Assembly: GCF_001194135.2 (NCBI RefSeq) | Contig: NC_068983.1 | Span: forward strand, 66,330,249 to 66,394,248 | From: Octopus bimaculoides | Taxonomy: Eukaryota | DNA: 64,000 nt | Reading direction: 5' to 3' | Shown: positions 1 through 12,325 of the stretch, piece by piece | Numbering within the stretch: the first letter of the stretch is position 1 | Layout: each line of letters begins with the position of its first letter | Notes under the pieces: model-generated | Databases searched by the model: none | What the model saw: the letters and a program-made list of their open reading frames with translations, nothing else | What the model was told of the DNA's origin: nothing | Translations under genes and position numbers: made by a program

Positions 1-1
1 T

Positions 2-190
2 ACAGAGGTTGTTCCTAATTATTCTGAGCAGCTGAGGAAAAGAATTGCTGAAAGGAGGTTAATTACCAGAGCAAGTACAATATACAATGTTGATGAAACT
101 GCAATTTTCTGCAAGTGCATATCTGCAAGGAATTAAATTTATTCAAAAGAAAAATTAACACAGGGATTTAAAGCTTCCAAAAATCCTCTT
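2..190 (+). pseudogene. Tigger/pogo transposase DDE-domain relic
   Basis: Frame-broken translation gives IAERRLITRASTIYNVDETAIFCKCISARN*IYSKEKLTQGFKASKNPL. This matches the pogo/Tigger motif (Q)IFNxDETGLFWK...GFKASKDR. Confidence 0.7.
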
Positions 191-690
191 TTACAATGAG
201 TTCAGTTCTTACACTGATCTATACAAAAGGAAGACGTGCCATAAACATCAAACAACCTTGAATAAGTTCATCATCCTTCAAACGGATATTGATGATGATG
301 ATAAACTTATAGGATAGAAAACAGTGTTCTTTGTCTTCTCACTATTTTCCATTCCACCACCATTCCTCTCAGTGTTGTGAACATCTTTTGTGGTTAGAAT
401 ACACCTAATTATAATGTTGCAATTCTTATTAATTCTTTAACATATTTCTTTTCAAATGTTTGTATGTATACACATCGTACTATACTTGTTTTGAAATTGC
501 TATTTTCATGCTTAAAATTGGTTGCATTACTTATTTTGCTATTGCTGTTGTTTTCCAAAAAAAATCCATTGGAACACATCTAGCTTTATCATATGAAAAT
601 TAGTGGCAGAATTAATTTTGCATCAACAGATTTTACATTACTTCAAAATTTTCAAGAAAGTATTACCTTTAAAACATGAGAGGGACACAT

Positions 691-723
<33 letters not shown>

Positions 724-735
724 TATATACATGCA

Positions 736-1040
736 AACATACATACATACATACATGGTGGTTGTCTACTCCTTACACAGAGTTTGACCACCTCCTGCAC
801 CTACACCTTAGCCCTTTCATGGTGTCTGATGTGGCTTTTTAAATCAGATAATGTTTTGAAAAATCACCCACACGGATTGCACCTCTGATTTGTACTACCA
901 ATACCTGCAGGTAAGTTCTGCTCATTGTGGATCCTAACATGTCTTTTAAGACCCCCATTGGATTTGCAAGCCCTCTGGCACACATCATATTCAAACGTGT
1001 GCAGACATATAATCAGAATAGCTGGTTGAAGTTTGTTTTC
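736..1040 (-). mobile_element. 3' end of an RTE-type LINE with two C-terminal C2H2 zinc fingers and an (ATGT)n tail
   Basis: The minus strand reads FEYDVCQRACKSNGGLKRHVRIH...RCNPCG*FFKTLSDLKSHIRHHERAKV*. A short 3' UTR follows, ending in an ATGT/GT microsatellite tail. The in-frame stop and a mutated first Cys show decay. Confidence 0.55.
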
Positions 1041-1689
1041 CATACATACATACATACATACATATGCATGAAAGTTCAATGAATTCTATATTGCCAAATG
1101 GTTAATTATAAAAATTCAAATTTGTTACCAAAGAATCTTTTGATAGGAATTATTATAATTGTTTACTATTTGTGTGAACAAATGGTATATGGATATATAG
1201 CATACCATGTATATATAATTGTTTCTATGTATACAGCAATGCTCTACCTTCTTTATTTAATAGTTTAGGATATGATTTAAGGATAATTTGCCTGTTTCTT
1301 TCTAAACAGTGTTGAAAATGTGTAGAATATAAAATGGTGTTAAAGATACTTAAAATACTAATACTTGAATATGTGTGTCAATAGTAGTATTCATTTTGTT
1401 GCAAATATTGAAAACTCAACATCTGATTAATTTTACATAAGGCTGCATTTATTGAAAAATATAAATCTATGATTTATTGTTTCTTTACATGCAGTTTGTA
1501 ATATCATTTGCTCTCAAAACACTAACAGTATTGAAATTATATAAGTTTCATTTCAAAATAATTTGATTCTTTTTCTAAAATAAATTAAAACTGGAATTTA
1601 GGGAAAATATTTTCTCTATTTCTAATTAATTGCCAATAATTTTGAAGACAAGTACAGGTAAGTAGCTTCAATTGCCTGTGTGACATCTA

Positions 1690-2090
1690 ACATTGGAAAC
1701 ACTGTGCATGAGAATTTAGCAGCTACATTATGAAAAGGATGTGGAAGGAGTATAGGAAACCGCTGTCTCTGTTGACTGGAGAGAAAATATGGAGCTTATG
1801 TAAATGTAATGCTACACTTCATAAGTCATGGAAAATAAATATCCTAGATTTGTAGACAGTGCAGGGAAATGAAGTACTTATAATGATTGGGGTATATGAT
1901 AATAACTTGCATGATAAAATGAAAATAGATTAAAGATTGGATGGCTACTAAAGACATTGACCAATGTATACTGAAGAGATAACTGCATTGGTATAAATGA
2001 TGCAAATGGATGGTAAGTGCAGGATCAAAATATACTATAAACTGACAATGACAGGTGCCTTTAGTGGAGGAAGACAGTCGCCTTTACTGT
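1690..2090 (+). pseudogene. Degenerate RTE LINE C-terminal fragment
   Basis: Remnants resemble the RTE ..R.RLRWYGHVxRM.. region (ataactgcattggtataaatgatgcaaatggatg) and the downstream G.R..GR region. There are many stops. Confidence 0.4.
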
Positions 2091-3216
2091 AGGCTTCTTT
2101 CTTTGCCTCACAGATGAAATAGCAAAGTATCAAAAAGAGAGATGATATGATACATGGAAAACAAGGAATATGTCAAGAATGAATGATGATGATGACAACG
2201 ATCATCATCATCATCACCATTATCATCATCATGGCAGTTGAGAAATTGAGGACCAGGGATAAGAAGGAGAAGACAATGGTGTTGAAGAAGAAAGGGACAA
2301 GAGTGATGAAGGAGATGAATAATGATGCTGAATACATCCTCATGATTCTTCACACATTTCCACACTAATATTGCTGGTGCTGAGACCAAATCGTTTATCA
2401 ATCGGAACTGACTGCACAAGTTAGTCTTCTCAATTACTCTGACAAATACATTAACACACCAAATATTCATGACCTCTTTCTAACCTCTAGATTCAATCTC
2501 TGGTCAGCTATGATTATCTCTGATGCCTGTTACTTTCAATCATCATTGGAGTTCACGAGTATTTGTTGTCTTAACCCATCATTTAAAAATTAAAAATTAT
2601 GCTTCAATTTCTTCATTTTACCTTCTATTCCAAACACAAAGGAATTGATGATTGAATCTAAGGCACCAATAGCAAATAAAGTATACCACACCTAATATTT
2701 AATAATTTGGCTACACCATATTCTAAAAATATATTTTTGTGATACTTTATCCATTTATCCTGTACCACATCACCTTAGAGTGAATATAAGTGCACATGCA
2801 CACACACATACACACATACAGGTAATAATGTTTGTTTTAAGCTTTAGCATTGAAACCTGTTGTATCCAGCCCAAATATTCTAGCTGTTTTATGCTTAAAC
2901 AGGCCAGATCTTGCCTTTCACACCTAGCCATTTTACATAATAAACAACCAGATCATCGAAATCTCAAAGCTATGAAATAATGCATAGTTAATGTAAAATG
3001 ATGTAAATACATAAGCATTACATTTGACAGGAATATGTGAAGTTATACTTAAAAACAATTTAGCATGAAATTGAAGACTCACTGAATACTTGTGAGCAGA
3101 GTACTCAATTTTTTTCACAATAAAGGCTGACAGTAAATTCAAATGTTTCGTTGTACTAGCTGTCATCATTTTTTGTTTGTTTTTATGTTAATTTTCTTTA
3201 CTAGCACAGATTAGAC

Positions 3217-3549
3217 CATAGGTTTTCAAAGTGGGCACAACCGCCCCCACCCCGCCAGTGGGCGTTGAGACAGTCTAGGTGGGCACTGGTGCTTAAGGGG
3301 GCAGGAGGAGGCGGTAGAGAAAAAGGAGACGTTGGGAGGAAGGCAGTGGATTGGGGGACGCTATGAATTTATTATATTATTATAGTATTGTATACAAATT
3401 ATATAATATTATATTACATATCAAATGATTCATAGTATATCAATTAGTAAAATATAAAATATCTATTTATACATAAAATTAGGGATGGGGTGCCAAGGGT
3501 TTTATGTGGTCATGAGTGGGAGGGAGCCCAAAAAGTTTGAGAACCTCTG
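3217..3549. mobile_element. hAT (Charlie-like) MITE
   Basis: The TIRs are cataggttttcaaa and tttgagaacctctg. An exact 8-bp TSD, gattagac, lies at 3209-3216 and 3550-3557. Confidence 0.88.
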
Positions 3550-4359
3550 GATTAGACCAATGTGTGACTGAGGTATTGTTTTGCAGATGGATGTCCTTCC
3601 TGCCACTAAACTTTATTTGTTTTCTTTTAGTAAGGCATCTCTTATTTCACACCTCATCAAAGGTGCAAAGCTAGCAGATGGTTTGCTGACAGGAGAATTG
3701 GAAACAGTATCATCACTTGTAGCTCATGAAATCCAGAGAATATGTAAACACATAGGCACAGATGCACGCGCGCGCGCACACACACACACACACACACATG
3801 TACACATACACAAAAGCACAAACACACTCACACACACATGCACATGCACAAACACACAGACGTACATAAATATACACACATTCACATGTATAGATATTTT
3901 CCTATTACTCTCAGCAGATTTCTTTTTATTTAGTAAGTAAACTATTAAGCAATCATCCAATATCATGGCATTTTATTTTCCAAGTGGTAATNNNNNNNNN
4001 NNNNNNNNNNNNNNNNNNNNNNNNNNNNNNNNNNNNNNNNNNNNNNNNNNNNNNNNNNNNNNNNNNNNNNNNNNNNNNNNNNNNNNNNNNNNNNNNNNNN
4101 NNNNNNNNNNNNNNNNNNNNNNNNNNNNNNNNNNNNNNNNNNNNNNNNNNNNNNNNNNNNNNNNNNNNNNNNNNNNNNNNNNNNNNNNNNNNNNNNNNNN
4201 NNNNNNNNNNNNNNNNNNNNNNNNNNNNNNNNNNNNNNNNNNNNNNNNNNNNNNNNNNNNNNNNNNNNNNNNNNNNNNNNNNNNNNNNNNNNNNNNNNNN
4301 NNNNNNNNNNNNNNNNNNNNNNNNNNNNNNNNNNNNNNNNNNNNNNNNNNNNNNNNNNN

Positions 4360-4810
4360 AACTCTTCTGCTCCTCAGAAATATCAAATGTGAAATTTGTA
4401 TAATTTATCAAATGGTAGTTTTTTTTTAAATATGAAGTAATATAGGAAAATGGTGTTTGTTTGAAATAGGAAATAAAATAAAAAATTACTGCTTTTGATT
4501 CTGGTAAGTACACTTTAATATGAGAGTCTTTAAATCCATATATGCTTCCTTGGTAATTCTTCTGTAATAATCTATAATAGTTATGCGTAAAATCCATTAT
4601 ATTGTCTTGTATTCCAAATATAGTTCATAGACTTAGATAATATAGAATAATGGAATCCTATATTGATAAGCATTTATAGCGAACTCTTCTGCTCCTCAGA
4701 AATATCAAATGTGAAATTTGTATAATTTAATGAATGGTAGTTTTTTAAATAGAGCACTCAATATAAATTCAGTATATAATATTCTCATTGAATATATTTA
4801 ACTAAAGATT
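4360..4810 (-). mobile_element. AT-rich repeat related to the flank of the Penelope-like element at 52.1 kb
   Basis: aaattcagtatataatattctcattgaatatattt (~4766-4800) is close to gaattcagtatattgtattctcattgaatatattt (~52140-52174). A minus-strand open frame MDFTHNYYRLLQKNYQGSIYGFK...FDISEEQKS runs into the gap. The block 4360-4430 is duplicated at 4683-4748. Confidence 0.45.
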
Positions 4811-5133
4811 TATCTATATATATAAATGTACACACACTCACATGTATAGATACTTTCCTATTACTCTCAGGCAGATTTTTTTTTAATTTAGTAAGTAAAC
4901 TATTAAGCAATCATCTAATACCATGCCATTTTATTTTCCAAGTGGTAATGATAATTATTCTATTATAAATATAATTATTCTATTATAAATATATATATAT
5001 ATATTTATATATATATATACATATATATATAAAGTATTAGTTAAAGAATAAAAAGACTGGGTTAACGACTCAACATATCACACACCCTCAATGAACATAT
5101 ATAAGAAATACAGCATAATCCATCAAACATAAG

Positions 5134-5834
5134 GAATAAGAAGAAATAACACAAGAAAAATAACGCAAGAAGAAATAATAAATAAATAAAAATATAGCAT
5201 ATAGTATAAAATTTTTATACACGAATATATTGTTTCATTCAATAACATGGAACTGAAAAAAATTGAGTTAAGGTATAAAGCAATACACGTGAATATCATT
5301 TCATAGACTTAAAAAAAGTTTAAATTAATACGAATAAAAATTAATACGGAAGGAGTAAAAATTTCAAATATATAATATAATAATATAATATAAGTTGATA
5401 TAGTAAAATAAAATGACATGAAGAAATGAGGTACCATAAAGTAGTCTATCGGTTGAAAAAACAAGGACACAAGTGATTGAACACCACTTAGAATTAAAGT
5501 TCAAAGTTCTTCAACTCCCTCAGGCACATTTCACACCTCAAAACCAGTAGACACCAAAAGGCAAGTTCACACTAATCCGGCACACACAAGAGCAAACAAC
5601 AGGCACCCAGCAGGTATCAACAGGCAAAAGTTCAATTCCACTCACCATGTCAAAAAAGATTCACCACACATGAGTCAAAAACAATTACAGCACACCTTAA
5701 CTCAATTTTTTTCAGTTCCATGTTATCAGTTGAAACAATATATTCATGTATAAAAATTTTATATTATATGCTATATTCTTATTTATTTATTATTTCTTCT
5801 TGTGTTATTTTTCTTGTGTTATTTCTTCTTATTC
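5134..5834. repeat. Fold-back inverted repeat, ~140-bp arms (5134-5274 / 5694-5834)
   Basis: gaataagaagaaataacacaag...gagttaaggt is the imperfect reverse complement of accttaactc...cttcttattc. The right arm runs into an N-gap. Confidence 0.85.
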
Positions 5835-6046
5835 NNNNNNNNNNNNNNNNNNNNNNNNNNNNNNNNNNNNNNNNNNNNNNNNNNNNNNNNNNNNNNNNNN
5901 NNNNNNNNNNNNNNNNNNNNNNNNNNNNNNNNNNNNNNNNNNNNNNNNNNNNNNNNNNNNNNNNNNNNNNNNNNNNNNNNNNNNNNNNNNNNNNNNNNNN
6001 NNNNNNNNNNNNNNNNNNNNNNNNNNNNNNNNNNNNNNNNNNNNNN

Positions 6047-6142
6047 TCTTCTCACGCACAGCCCATTTCCAAAGGTCTCGGTCCGTAGTCATCGCCTCGG
6101 TGAGGCCCAATGTACGAAGGTCTTGCCTCACCACCTCAGCCC
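6047..6142 (-). mobile_element. RTE LINE 3' terminal fragment
   Basis: Translates as EVVRQDLRTLGLTEAMTTDRDLWKWAVREK. The same family occurs at 62.2 kb. Confidence 0.75.
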
Positions 6143-6143
6143 A

Positions 6144-6175
<32 letters not shown>

Positions 6176-6849
6176 TTGTGTGTGTGTGCATACACCTATA
6201 TACATATATTCTATATTTGTGAATTTTCAGACTACCTTAGGTTTCATACCTTTACAGTTTGCAATCTTCAAGTGTTCCATTTTAAAAATAATGGTTAAGC
6301 CATCTGTTTTAGAATTGGCTACATGAAATTTTATGAGACATCAAATATTATTAGGTGGAGCAAAGTAAAATCAAAATACCCAGGTAATAGGAGGTAAATA
6401 TTCAGAGACTTTGGCAGTTTATACTTCCTTTACACTTATATTGATTTTGAAAGTGGTAGTAAAATGCTCATATATATTTTTCTCTGTTATTAGCAGTTTA
6501 TGGCATACATAATCTTGCAGTAAGTGTGCACACTCATGCAAAACTAAAGGAAATATTCATTTACATGGGATGTGTATTTCAGATTTCACTTTGTACCATC
6601 TGATAACATTTGAAGTCTTGTGAAATCTCACATAAGCAAACCAGAATAGAGAGAAAGACTACCATCGTTTTCTAAGTGGAACACTTGAAAGTTGTAAATT
6701 TTATGTACTTGAAACCAAAGGTGGCATAAAAAAATGCCCAAATAAATGAGGCATTTATCCAGCAGTGCAATGTTGTGTACTTCTCAAGGTTAGCTGGTAA
6801 CATATATAAGTATATATGTAAATATGTGTGTGTGTGTGTGTGTGTGTGT

Positions 6850-7195
6850 AATACAAAATAGAGGAAAATGAAAACGCAAATCCTAGGCAGTCAACCAAGT
6901 TCCTGAAAGCATAAATGAAGATATTCAATCAAAGTAATTGAATCATATATATTTATATATATGATAAATAAATATCAGCATAAATAATGCATGTATAGGT
7001 GTAAAGATTCTCCAAGGGTATAAAGAATAAAACTAAACCTACATAAAAATACAGGAGAGATATAAAAGCATATAAAAAAATATATAAAAATACATATAAA
7101 ATCACATAAATAAGGATTACATGTAAAAAGTTAAGCGTGATAGATACAGGTTGACTGCCTAGGATATGTGTTTTCATTTTCTTCTACTTTGTATT
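6850..7195. repeat. Fold-back inverted repeat, ~47-bp arms (6850-6896 / 7149-7195)
   Basis: aatacaaaatagaggaaaatgaaaacgcaaatcctaggcagtcaacc pairs with ggttgactgcctaggatatgtgttttcattttcttctactttgtatt. Confidence 0.8.
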
Positions 7196-7886
7196 ATTTC
7201 GCATTGGCTCTCTACAAGCACTNNNNNNNNNNNNNNNNNNNNNNNNNNNNNNNNNNNNNNNNNNNNNNNNNNNNNNNNNNNNNNNNNNNNNNNNNNNNNN
7301 NNNNNNNNNNNNNNNNNNNNNNNNNNNNNNNNNNNNNNNNNNNNNNNNNNNNNNNNNNNNNNNNNNNNNNNNNNNNNNNNNNNNNNNNNNNNNNNNNNNN
7401 NNNNNNNNNNNNNNNNNNNNNNNNNNNNNNNNNNNNNNNNNNNNNNNNNNNNNNNNNNNNNNNNNNNNNNNNNNNNNNNNNNNNNNNNNNNNNNNNNNNN
7501 NNNNNNNNNNNNNNNNNNNNNNNNNNNNNNNNNNNNNNNNNNNNNNNNNNNNNNNNNNNNNNNNNNNNNNNNNNNNNNNNNNNNNNNNNNNNNNNNNNNN
7601 NNNNNNNNNNNNNNNNNNNNNNNNNNNNNNNNNNNNNNNNNNNNNNNNNNNNNNNNNNNNNNNNNNNNNNNNNNNNNNNNNNNNNNNNNNNNNNNNNNNN
7701 NNNNNNNNNNNNNNNNNNNNNNNNNNNNNNNNNNNNNNNNNNNNNNNNNNNNNNNNNNNNNNNNNNNNNNNNNNNNNNNNNNNNNNNNNNNNNNNNNNNN
7801 NNNNNNNNNNNNNNNNNNNNNNNNNNNNNNNNNNNNNNNNNNNNNNNNNNNNNNNNNNNNNNNNNNNNNNNNNNNNNNNNNNNNTA

Positions 7887-7921
<35 letters not shown>

Positions 7922-8751
7922 ATATACATAAGTTATAGAGGTTTAAAGTTTGATAATTTTTACCCAGTCAGAAAACAGGATTTGAAAGTTGTCATTTTGT
8001 GTGTGACTGCAATCGTAAAAAGACAAAGCAATAATTTCAACATTGCAATGATAGCACATGTTTTCAGCATTTAATAAGTAAAAGATTACCAAAATCGAAT
8101 AAACAACACATATTTTGTAGTTTTAAGCATTCAATATGCACTTAAGGGGAACAAATAGAGTAAACTACACATTTTATACTTTTAAGATCAGAAAAAAAAA
8201 AAAACTGTAGTCCTGTTTAAAAAAAAGCGTAAACAGCACATTTCGTTTTCCATAAACACACATGGTTTTACAGGAGAGTGCCAACTACTTCCCAGCCCAG
8301 TCGTTTGGGGTCCAGTTCTACTTTCCAGCCTCTTGGATGTCTTCTGCCATAGCCTCAGGCGAACCAATGACTTGTGAGGAAGTACTGCTTAGCAACTTGA
8401 ATTGGTTTGAGAGGACCAGTTGGCAATGTTCTTTTCAGAACATGACAAATTCTTTAGAGTTGGTACTACAATAAAATGCACCCAGTACTGTCTGTAAAGT
8501 AGCCGGCATTTAGAAAATCATCACCAACCTATAGAAAATAGGCTAAAAATTGAGTGTTGGTCCTTAACTTGTATAAAGGGGCAAGAATTCTGAATAAGAA
8601 CTGATTTGAACAGTGATAGCTCTCTACCTAATGCTGACATTGAAAACATGCATGTAAAATGATGATGATGGTGACTAAAATTATGATGATGATATAAACA
8701 TGCATTCTTACGTGTATCAACCCATGCTAGCATGGAAAGCGAACGCTAAAC

Positions 8752-8793
<42 letters not shown>

Positions 8794-9479
8794 ACATGTG
8801 TAAAAATATATGCCGTACAGATATGTTCAAGCATAAGATGTTGTATTGAGTTACCAAACTAGTTTCCTTCAAATAAATTATCTACTTGAATAACGACTTT
8901 CTTGATGAAAGCCATGTAATTACTGCTTCATGTTTAACAAAATAAACATGTTCCTCAGAGTTTTATTCTTTAGAATTCGGTTTACCATTTGTTTATCTTG
9001 TAATTGCTGCATTTTGATTGTTCATGTTATAATTTGTGCTTACACTTTGGTTCAATTCAAAATATATGCATGAGTGTAAGTATATTTGCATGTGCCCATG
9101 CATACACACAAACTCAGAAATATGTGTTTGTGTGAGAATATATGTATTTATGTTAATATGTATATATATCATCATATATAAATTTGAAAATATACAAAAT
9201 CTTGTGTAAAGGATATGCATGTATGTGTTTGTGGCTATGTGTGTGTGTGTGTGTGTGTGCGTGTGTGTGTGTCTGTCTGTCTGTGTATAGTAAGCAAGCA
9301 TGCATATAAACAAAGCTGAACCAAAAGAAAGAAAATTGTCAAATGCAAATGATGATCAAATTGTAATCCTTAGCCAATGTTTGTTCATGTTTACAATTAA
9401 ACTTCCTCTTTGATACCAAATATTCCAAGAGTAAATATCGTAACAATCAATACATATATATTTTGTATAAATATACATA

Positions 9480-9737
9480 TTTAAATATTTGTGCATATGT
9501 GTATGCACACATGCACATATACAGATACATGCATGCGCACACACACACACACTTCAAACACAAGCATACATACACACACACACACATATATATATGTATG
9601 TAGGTATTTAAATATATATGTATATATGCATGTGTATATATACATACATATATATATATATATATGTGAGTGTGTGTGTATATATACATATATATGTTGC
9701 GTATGTATATACATATACATATACATATATATATATG

Positions 9738-9791
<54 letters not shown>

Positions 9792-9820
9792 TACACACAC
9801 ACAAATACACACATATATAA
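9480..9820. repeat. Compound (TA)n/(CA)n/(TG)n microsatellite
   Basis: Read directly. It is the source of the spurious YI/HT ORFs in the track. Confidence 0.95.
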
Positions 9821-10109
9821 TCTATAATTTATCTATCACTCTCACTCTCTCATTCTCTCTCACTTTGTATATTGTTGTCTCTGTCTGCCTATGTGCTTGT
9901 AGTGTACATGTACAACCATATCAGTATAGACATATGCTTTCATAATCATACTCAAAAGATGTTCTATGGCTTTGTCTGGGAAGTAAGAAATAAGTTTCAT
10001 TGCTGTAGATAGAGTTTATTTAGTACATTTTAGTTGAAAGAACACAATAATTCAACACATGCATACTAATATACAAGTGTGTGTGTTTGTGTGTATATTT
10101 GTACATATA

Positions 10110-10354
10110 CAGTAATCCCTCGACTTTACATTCCAAAACCCCTGCGGTAGGAGAAAATTGGCAAAGTAGAAGCAATACTGTACTGTATGGTTTATTTATT
10201 TATTTTTATAATTTGTACATATTTAATTTATCTTATTATAAATGCAAAACAACACTACGGAGGAATCGATGTAAGTTTAAATAATAAACTGTGATAGATG
10301 AACCATAATAGGTGAACCATGATAGGTGAACCATGATATGGTGTGGAATTACTG
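10110..10354. mobile_element. Tigger/pogo-type MITE
   Basis: It starts TA|cagtaatccctcg and ends gtggaattactg, an imperfect TIR of the CAGT type. Sub-terminal gataggtgaaccat repeats are present. Confidence 0.7.
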
Positions 10355-10402
10355 TGCCATATATATATATGAACTATTGTACATGTTTTAGTTGTATTAA
10401 TC

Positions 10403-10555
10403 ATGGTAACTGTGGTAAGAAGTATGCTTCCCAAACACATGGTTCCACGATCAGTCCCACTGTGGAATTTTGGGTAAATGTCTTCTACCATAGCCCATGG
10501 CTGACCAAAGCCTTCTGAATGAATTTGTTTGATGGAAACTGAAAGAAACCCACTC
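10403..10555 (+). mobile_element. tRNA-headed CORE-type SINE, 5' part (decayed)
   Basis: tgtggtaagaagtatgcttcccaaacacatggttcc...cagtcccactg...tgggtaaatgtcttctaccatagcc matches the reverse complement of the copy at 16.7-17.1 kb. Confidence 0.8.
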
Positions 10556-12036
10556 TACATAAATCTAATATATAAATCCTGTTCTGTCTGTCTGTTTTTT
10601 GTGCACTTATAACTCAAGTATTGTTCATCTGATCGTGTTGAAATTTTAAACATGGATACATGAGAGAGCAGAGCATTCCATAATCTAAAAAGATTTTCAA
10701 GATTGTCAGTTTCAAAGTGAGAATTGCTATTTTTGTAATATTTTTGTCCTGTTTCTTCTGCCATCCTGTTCATTAACTGACATTCTAAACAATTCATTTT
10801 TACTTTTTCACATTTAAATGACAGATATGTGTAAATAAAGCTTGCTATTTGTAAATACAGTCTCATTTTGATTTAAATATTAGACCAAGAACAACTGTAT
10901 TCATTTCTGCATTTTCACACATTTGTAAAAAATATTGATATCACTAACTTTAATTAACTGTAATCAACCACGTGCATTTACAGTCAAATGTGTTCTTACA
11001 GCTGTTTTTCATGCAATAAACCAGCTGCCATGAAAAACTATTAGGAAAAAGGCAGTTACTTTAAGTGAACAAAAAAGTGAAAATAAAGCAAATAGATAAC
11101 TGGTGATTACTCAATTTTCTGAAGATATTCTCAACAAAATTCAATTGAAAGTAGAAAGGACTAATTAATTATTTATAACACGTGAAAAATTTGATGGCGT
11201 TACATCTGAAACCATGCCTAACATTTCTCATCCAACTTTAAAAAATAAGCGGTATTGTTCAATTTTTGAGATAAAATTGATTTGCAAAGAACATGCCTTA
11301 TTTTATTGCACATTGTGTTATTTCACCTCCGAGTTTCAACTCTTTTTCTCTCAGTTTTTGAGAAAAGAGAGACTTCCCTAAACATTTTTACACTTTTATT
11401 GAGTAGCAGTTTCTGTTTGCCTGTCCATCAGGTGATTTTTATTCGAAACTAATGTTATTTATCTCGTAGTTCTTACCACTACGCCAGTAGTCAAATGCAA
11501 AAGCCAAAGAACTGTTTATTGCTTAAATATCACTTGCAATATTCACTCTGGAGATAAAACAGCGTTCAGTCTGACGTACAGGTGTCAACATGAGGTATGT
11601 ACTATAGAAGAGTACATTGTACTTATCCTAATGTGAAACTGCTTGAGTGTAAAAAGTTAATGGTTAATTATGATGTTTGATTCTACTGGACGTTGTATAA
11701 ATTGTGGGCTGAATATCTTTCCTTCATTTTATTGGCCTCATGACAATTTTGAAAAGGTTCATTGCATTAAGATTCACTATCAATCAATTTTCCTTATTTA
11801 GAAGAAACAGTCAACAGTTTTAACGTCTCAGGAATCTTTAATGCCCTAACCAAAAGTAACAACCCCATACAATCACCAAACATCTCCACAACTTAACACG
11901 GTCCAAGTTAACCCTCTTCACCTACACAAACCGTCCAATGGACGGGAGGTGGGGTGTTTGCTAGTATATATATATATATATATATATNNNNNNNNNNNNN
12001 NNNNNNNNNNNNNNNNNNNNNNNNNNNNNTATAATA

Positions 12037-12067
<31 letters not shown>

Positions 12068-12099
12068 GAGCGTGCATGCACACACACAAGTATTTATAT

Positions 12100-12325
12100 G
12101 TGAGTGTATCTTTGTGTTTGTTCCCAACCACAACTTGACAACCAGTGTTGGTTTGTCTACATCCCTATAAATTAGTGCTTCAGCTAAAAAGACCCATAAA
12201 ATAAATACCAGACTTTAAAAAAAATCATTTCTGTGGTTGATTCAGCTTACTAAATCCCTTCAAAGCAGAACCCCAAGATGGCCACTGTTGAATGACTGAA
12301 ACAAGTAAATGATGAAAGATAAAAG
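12100..12325 (+). mobile_element. Same SINE family, 3' part
   Basis: cttgacaaccagtgttgg...atggccactgttgaatgactgaaacaagtaaa...gataaaaga is the family 3' end. Confidence 0.75.

Noticed and set aside
10555-10866. 103-aa minus-strand ORF (...MAEETGQKYYKNSNSHFETDNLENLFRLWN...)
   Set aside because: It has no recognisable domain, no convincing in-frame donor site, and its composition is compatible with chance in AT-rich DNA.
11477-11547. Minus-strand segment bounded by ttttatctccag and GTG|gtaaga
   Set aside because: All three frames are closed from the best acceptor and it is not phase-compatible with the 14.7-kb candidate. At most it is a UTR exon, which I cannot support.
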